NCBI GenBank assembly: GCA_964621305.1
Contig: CAZUOM010000005.1
Location: 18,647-82,646 of the forward strand
Reading direction: 5' to 3'
DNA from: an uncultured Gammaproteobacteria bacterium
GTDB taxonomy: Bacteria > Patescibacteriota > Microgenomatia > UBA10105 > UBA927
Length of the DNA stretch: 64,000 nucleotides
The notes below the pieces were generated by a model that saw only the letters and a program-made list of their open reading frames with translations, ran no database searches and was not told where the DNA came from. Numbering within the stretch: position 1 is the first letter of the stretch; each line of letters begins with the position of its first letter. The translations under genes and the position numbers were made by a program. This document shows, in pieces, positions 59,467-64,000 of the stretch.

Positions 59467-60948
59467 TTAAAAAATTAGGATTGTATCAGCGACAACGTCT
59501 TTAATTTTATCTTTGTGAAATTGTTGTTGCGTCGAAAACCCACACTGGTACCAGTTTGTGGCGCTGATAGCGATTAAGCGACTACCGGAATTCTTTGGTA
59601 AGTCAATCTCGTGAAATGCACAGATTTCTTCAAACTTGTGGCTTCCGTATGGTCTGTTACTGATCAGACCGTATAGGTTCCCGTTGTCACGGCCAAAATA
59701 GGAAAAAGACGCGTGTTCTGGTTTTTTTTTGTCGATATATCGTTTTAAGTCAGGCAGGCTCTGTCCCCAATCTAGGTTGCTGTCATTAAGTTTTTCAAAG
59801 CGTTTGTCCCGGGGGCCAGCCAGTTCATTGGCATAGGAAATAAAATTGGGAAACTGTACGAGGGTCCCGACTATGTACCAGATGAGCAAAAGCAAGATCC
59901 CTAATTTCATATATTTCCCCTTAACTTCCCCTATCGCCCTCCCGGCAACAATTGCCAGAAACGGAAGAGACGGTATGACATACCGTACCCACGGCTGTAG
60001 CGGGACAAGCGAAGAAATACTAATAATTACGGCAGCCGGTATAAAAAAAAGCAAAACTTTCTTACTACGCAATCCTAGAACTATAAAAATCAAAAATGGA
60101 ATTGGAGTTTTCAAAATAAAATTAACGGGAAGTTCGTACAAGCTGTGCTTAGCTTTTTGAGTAGAACGGACAAGAGAATTTTTTATGGTCGCCAGATAAT
60201 TGCCCAGTGGAATTGGTTGGACAGACGCGACAAGAATTAAATTTCTTAACAGTGAATTGTTTGTCTGCATAATCCTACTCGATACTCTATTGGGGTCTTG
60301 ACGCTGGGCTACAACAACGTCACTTCTAAAAGAATATGTTAACCAAATTGTTAAAACTGACACCATACATGCAACGATTATTTTCCCCCACTGTAACTTT
60401 CTAAAATTCACTATCGATATGATTGCAATTGATATAGGTAGAAATATGAGAGATTGAATTCTTGACGCAAACGCAAAACCGGAAGCAATTCCCAAAAATA
60501 GTGCGTTTCGAAATGAGTGCCGCCTGAGAAACTCCAAAAATACGAGATACGCATGGAAAATAAAAAATGCCGCTCCGACGTCTAGCGTCACATAATGGCT
60601 GTGAGCCAAAAACGTCGGCTCAAATGACAACAATAAGGCAGCCAGAAGCGCGCTATTTTGTCCAAAATATCTTTTAGTAGTAAGGTAAACAAGAATAACT
60701 AGTAATGTGGCCAGGGCTACGATAACCAACCGTGCCGGGAGAGTTCCTTCGATACCCATTACAAACGGTATTGCTGCAAGTTCACGGACTAAAGGCGGAT
60801 TATTGGTGTCAATGGCGAATGTATGATTGACAAGATGGTTGTATCCTTCCTGCAAGTGAACTATTTCGTCATATGTAAGCGACTCACGAAGTGCGCTGCC
60901 GGTTGTTAAAACGATAAAACAGACGACAATAATAAAGAAAATCTTCAT
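59467..60948 (-). CDS. GT39/ArnT-like membrane glycosyltransferase
   Basis: TYDE, NPPL, PTFLAHSHYVTLD, RY, DSNLDWGQ. Confidence 0.82.
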   Translation of the reverse strand: MKIFFIIVVCFIVLTTGSALRESLTYDEIVHLQEGYNHLVNHTFAIDTNNPPLVRELAAIPFVMGIEGTLPARLVIVALATLLVILVYLTTKRYFGQNSALLAALLLSFEPTFLAHSHYVTLDVGAAFFIFHAYLVFLEFLRRHSFRNALFLGIASGFAFASRIQSLIFLPISIAIISIVNFRKLQWGKIIVACMVSVLTIWLTYSFRSDVVVAQRQDPNRVSSRIMQTNNSLLRNLILVASVQPIPLGNYLATIKNSLVRSTQKAKHSLYELPVNFILKTPIPFLIFIVLGLRSKKVLLFFIPAAVIISISSLVPLQPWVRYVIPSLPFLAIVAGRAIGEVKGKYMKLGILLLLIWYIVGTLVQFPNFISYANELAGPRDKRFEKLNDSNLDWGQSLPDLKRYIDKKKPEHASFSYFGRDNGNLYGLISNRPYGSHKFEEICAFHEIDLPKNSGSRLIAISATNWYQCGFSTQQQFHKDKIKDVVADTILIF

Positions 60949-61970
60949 TTCAAAAGTGACCAATAAAGATGCTTAAGTTTCTTTGCTCCGATAGAAATAT
61001 CATGAACCGCAACCGCTCGCTCGCGTGCCTTTTGACCGTACAAAGAGCGTAGTTTCTCATCAAGAATAAATCTTTTGACTGCGCGCGCTATCGCCGAGAC
61101 ATCTCCTGGGTCAACGAGGACCGCCGCATCGCCAACATTTTCCGGAATTCCACCGGTCTTCGTCGTCACGATCGGCAAGCCGCTCGCCTGCGCCTCCAAA
61201 AGCGCGGTATTGTATTGCTCCTCCCAGGTTGGAATCGGCTTTGAAGGGGCAACAAAAATATCAGCTTCTTGATAAATAGCCGGCATTTCTTCGTATGACT
61301 TTTGCCCGGTGACGTAAAGAAAACGAGCGTGATGCAGTTTCAAAATTTTTTCTGCGGCCATTAGATCAAAAATTCCTTTTTCTTCTACTGCTCTACCGAC
61401 AAAAAGAATCGTCAAGATCTTGCGATCTTTTTTAACAGGATAAAACCGTTTTGTGTCAACGAAATGTGAAATTACGCTAATTTTTTTTGGGTCTGCGCCT
61501 TCTACAAGAAGCGCTTCTTTCGTTTTATTAGTCAACGCAATAATGTGGTCCAGTTCTTTTCTAGCGCGTTTCTTAAAAGCCTTCCTACCGCAAATCCTCT
61601 CATTATTAAATGGAATGTTTTCTAAAACCGTTGCAATTAATTTTGATTTACCACGGGCGTCCAGACATTGCTGCGTACACCGAAAATATGTTTCTGCCGT
61701 GTGGATAATGTCAAAATCACGTAGTTTATTTTCCAATCCCCAAAGATAGTGCGCATCAACAAACAAACGGTTTAAAACCGCCATTTTATACGGGAACTCC
61801 GGCATATCCATCGGCGAGGCAAGCTTAACTACCGGAAAAGCAAATCGGTCGTGATAGGGAGTAAGCGATCCAAAAGCAGTAATGTCAAAATCTTTTACGA
61901 GCGGCTCGAAAAACTGCATTTCATACCGATTGAGAAATTTTCCGCGAACAATTGCTATTTTAGGCTTCAT
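60945..61970 (-). CDS. Glycosyltransferase family 4
   Basis: FVGRAVEEKG, EQYNTALLEAQASGLPIV. Confidence 0.9.
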   Translation of the reverse strand: MKPKIAIVRGKFLNRYEMQFFEPLVKDFDITAFGSLTPYHDRFAFPVVKLASPMDMPEFPYKMAVLNRLFVDAHYLWGLENKLRDFDIIHTAETYFRCTQQCLDARGKSKLIATVLENIPFNNERICGRKAFKKRARKELDHIIALTNKTKEALLVEGADPKKISVISHFVDTKRFYPVKKDRKILTILFVGRAVEEKGIFDLMAAEKILKLHHARFLYVTGQKSYEEMPAIYQEADIFVAPSKPIPTWEEQYNTALLEAQASGLPIVTTKTGGIPENVGDAAVLVDPGDVSAIARAVKRFILDEKLRSLYGQKARERAVAVHDISIGAKKLKHLYWSLLK

Positions 61971-63466
61971 AATCTACTTTTCCATATTGTAATTGATTTT
62001 TTCTCAAAATATTTATCGTAAGAATAAGAAGAAAAGTCCGCGCCCGTAGATCCAAGAATATATTTAGGTCTAACTGTGTTTAAAGCTGAAAAATCATATC
62101 CATCACCATTTTCATTTATAAAGCTTGGTGCGCTTTTTGGTTTCCAACCGTAGTAATAATTGATTATTGGAATATGTTCACCTACCAAATACCACTGCAT
62201 ACAACAAACAAAGGAAGCAACGTAATACTCCGATGGGTCTCGACTGCGAAGATCTCTAATAACTGACTCGGCATATTCACGTTTTTGTTCAAAGCTTCGC
62301 ACCCAAATTGGGAGTGTTACGACGAAAGTCCATGCAACAGCCAAAGCAAGTAAAACGTAACTAAATCGCCGACTCCACTTTTCCGCACAAAGCATAATGA
62401 GTGCTATCATAACCGGTGTGACAACCATAAACATCCGCTGCGGGACCCGAAAAATATCCACTTGGGGAATAAGCTGAAAAAGCCAGTAGAACGGAGAATA
62501 GGGATGGCGGAGAGAAATATAGAATGCGCCAGTAGCAAGAATAATTAAAAGCAATCTCACCTGAAACTTCCCCCAAATCTTTGGTAGTTTCCAAAGAAAC
62601 ACAAACGGTAAGGGGCTAATGAATGCAAAGTACTCGTACCAGTTAAAATGAAATCCTAAAAGCTTCTGAAGTATCGGCGTGTCGTAGAAAGATGTTTGAA
62701 GAGGCACAAGAAAAGGCAGAAAAAAGAAAATAATATGAATAGAACCGGCAAAAGGATCAATAGGAAAAAGCCGCGCCAAATTAGGATAAACATCGGCAAT
62801 CATTGGAATTAGTATTATGCCGGAAAATAAAATAAATAAAACTAAGATTAAAATTATGCGCCGAATTTTATAAAAATTTATAATTAAAAAAATAGTTAAA
62901 GTAAGCCATAAGGCATACACATCACCGGAAAAAAGTATCAAAGTCCAAGCCAAAGAAATAATAAATACGTTGTGTTTAAAAAGGCCAGTGAAAAACAACG
63001 GTAATAGCGGATACGAAAGAACTTTCTCAATATGGCCGCTAGCTACTCGCGCTGCTAAAGCGCCGCTAAAAGCATATAGCAGAGATCCGAATATGCGAAA
63101 CCAGACAGAAATAGCCAAAAACTTGAGCATCCACCACATCCCAATCGCTGACGTAAGAAGACTCAGAAGAAAGACAACGTACATACCGCTCTCAACGCCA
63201 AAAATGAGGACGGGCACGGTGAAAAACGGGTTGAGTATGGAAAGTAAGGGATCTCCAATTATCGGTATCCCAGTTGAAACGTACGGATTCCAAGTGGGAA
63301 AGCGGCCGGTTGTACGAACTGTTTCTACTATAAACCGGTAAACAGGCAGGTTGCTATCATAATCCGTATCGAGCCGGAGCATTTTTCCTTGAGTAAGTAG
63401 AAAAAACGGAAGGAAAAAAGCCAGAACGCCAAAAAAAAGAAAAAGGATTTCGCGCCGTGCGTTCAT
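61967..63466 (-). CDS. YfhO-like membrane protein (GT-C)
   Basis: PTWNPYVSTGIP...DP, GH, FRVPQR; start at MNARRE overlapping upstream stop. Confidence 0.72.
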   Translation of the reverse strand: MNARREILFLFFGVLAFFLPFFLLTQGKMLRLDTDYDSNLPVYRFIVETVRTTGRFPTWNPYVSTGIPIIGDPLLSILNPFFTVPVLIFGVESGMYVVFLLSLLTSAIGMWWMLKFLAISVWFRIFGSLLYAFSGALAARVASGHIEKVLSYPLLPLFFTGLFKHNVFIISLAWTLILFSGDVYALWLTLTIFLIINFYKIRRIILILVLFILFSGIILIPMIADVYPNLARLFPIDPFAGSIHIIFFFLPFLVPLQTSFYDTPILQKLLGFHFNWYEYFAFISPLPFVFLWKLPKIWGKFQVRLLLIILATGAFYISLRHPYSPFYWLFQLIPQVDIFRVPQRMFMVVTPVMIALIMLCAEKWSRRFSYVLLALAVAWTFVVTLPIWVRSFEQKREYAESVIRDLRSRDPSEYYVASFVCCMQWYLVGEHIPIINYYYGWKPKSAPSFINENGDGYDFSALNTVRPKYILGSTGADFSSYSYDKYFEKKSITIWKSRL

Positions 63467-63999
63467 TGTATAAGCGACAGAACCGAAGTTGCCATTTTGG
63501 TCCAAGAAAAGTCTTTGGCTCTCTTTAACCCCTTTGTGATTAGTTCTTCTCTTAATAAATCATCTGACGATATTCTCTTCATTGCACTGGCTAATTTATC
63601 TTCCTCAACAACTAATCCGGCATTCCCGATAATTTCCGGCATTGCTCCAACATTAGTAGCAACGACAGGACATCCGCAGGCCATTGCCTCAACAATGGGC
63701 AAACAAAATCCTTCCCAAAGAGATGGAACTACTAAAGCGGTCGCTCCACGATAATATTTCAGTAACTCTTTGTCGGGAACAAAACCCAATTTCTTAACAC
63801 CGTTAATTATTTTTATTTCTGGATCCAACCAATAGTCGCCGCCGATCAATAAAAGATCATAAGATTTGGAAAAATTTGCGAAACTCTTTATCAACGCCGG
63901 GATATTTTTACCGCGCTTGAGTGCGCCTACAAAAAGAAAATAAGGCTTTTTAGATTTATATTTTTCTCCGATTGGATTGAAAAGCTTATCGACTCCCGG
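63463..63999 (-). CDS. Glycosyltransferase family 4 (5' part outside window)
   Basis: Frame open to window edge; FLFVGALKRGKN, PSLWEGFCLPIVEAMACGCPV, FSW. Confidence 0.9.
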   Translation of the reverse strand, partial: PGVDKLFNPIGEKYKSKKPYFLFVGALKRGKNIPALIKSFANFSKSYDLLLIGGDYWLDPEIKIINGVKKLGFVPDKELLKYYRGATALVVPSLWEGFCLPIVEAMACGCPVVATNVGAMPEIIGNAGLVVEEDKLASAMKRISSDDLLREELITKGLKRAKDFSWTKMATSVLSLIQ

Positions 64000-64000
64000 A

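Overview
A gene-dense, mostly minus-strand housekeeping region. Gene content and style suggest a Patescibacteria/CPR (Microgenomates-like) genome, which is an inference and not a database result. From left to right: a gluconeogenesis cluster (archaeal-type FBP aldolase/phosphatase, gpmI, eno, ppsA, PGI/PMI, IMPase, PMM/PGM); holA, NUDIX and dinB; tRNA-Glu, a CofE-like ligase, tRNA-Lys and rplS; guaB, purA, purB and pyrG; a small decayed accessory patch; a de novo pyrimidine operon; the F1Fo ATP synthase operon; dnaE with an MNT-HEPN pair and a GGDEF gene; gatCAB, murT-gatD, lemA-htpX and polX; three tRNAs around a LysM gene; and a surface-glycosylation cluster. The strongest candidate for a new system is the pyrimidine operon carA-carB-pyrB-X-pyrC-pyrF-pyrE. 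It has no pyrD but carries a stand-alone SdhA/FrdA/NadB-family flavoprotein (X) with the dicarboxylate-binding residues intact and a remodelled specificity loop, next to a dihydroorotase with an Asp-to-Glu change at the catalytic position. This suggests a PyrD-independent route to orotate. The operon is preceded by an unannotated 20-codon leader ORF with a U9 tract and a terminator, resembling a UTP-sensing attenuator. Other notable items: rplS terminates inside tRNA-Lys; a second copy of the dnaE 5' end, differing only at synonymous sites, flanks the MNT-HEPN cassette; palindromic and heptamer repeats sit in frame inside housekeeping genes (murT has four); and -10 boxes lie 5-9 nt before many start codons.
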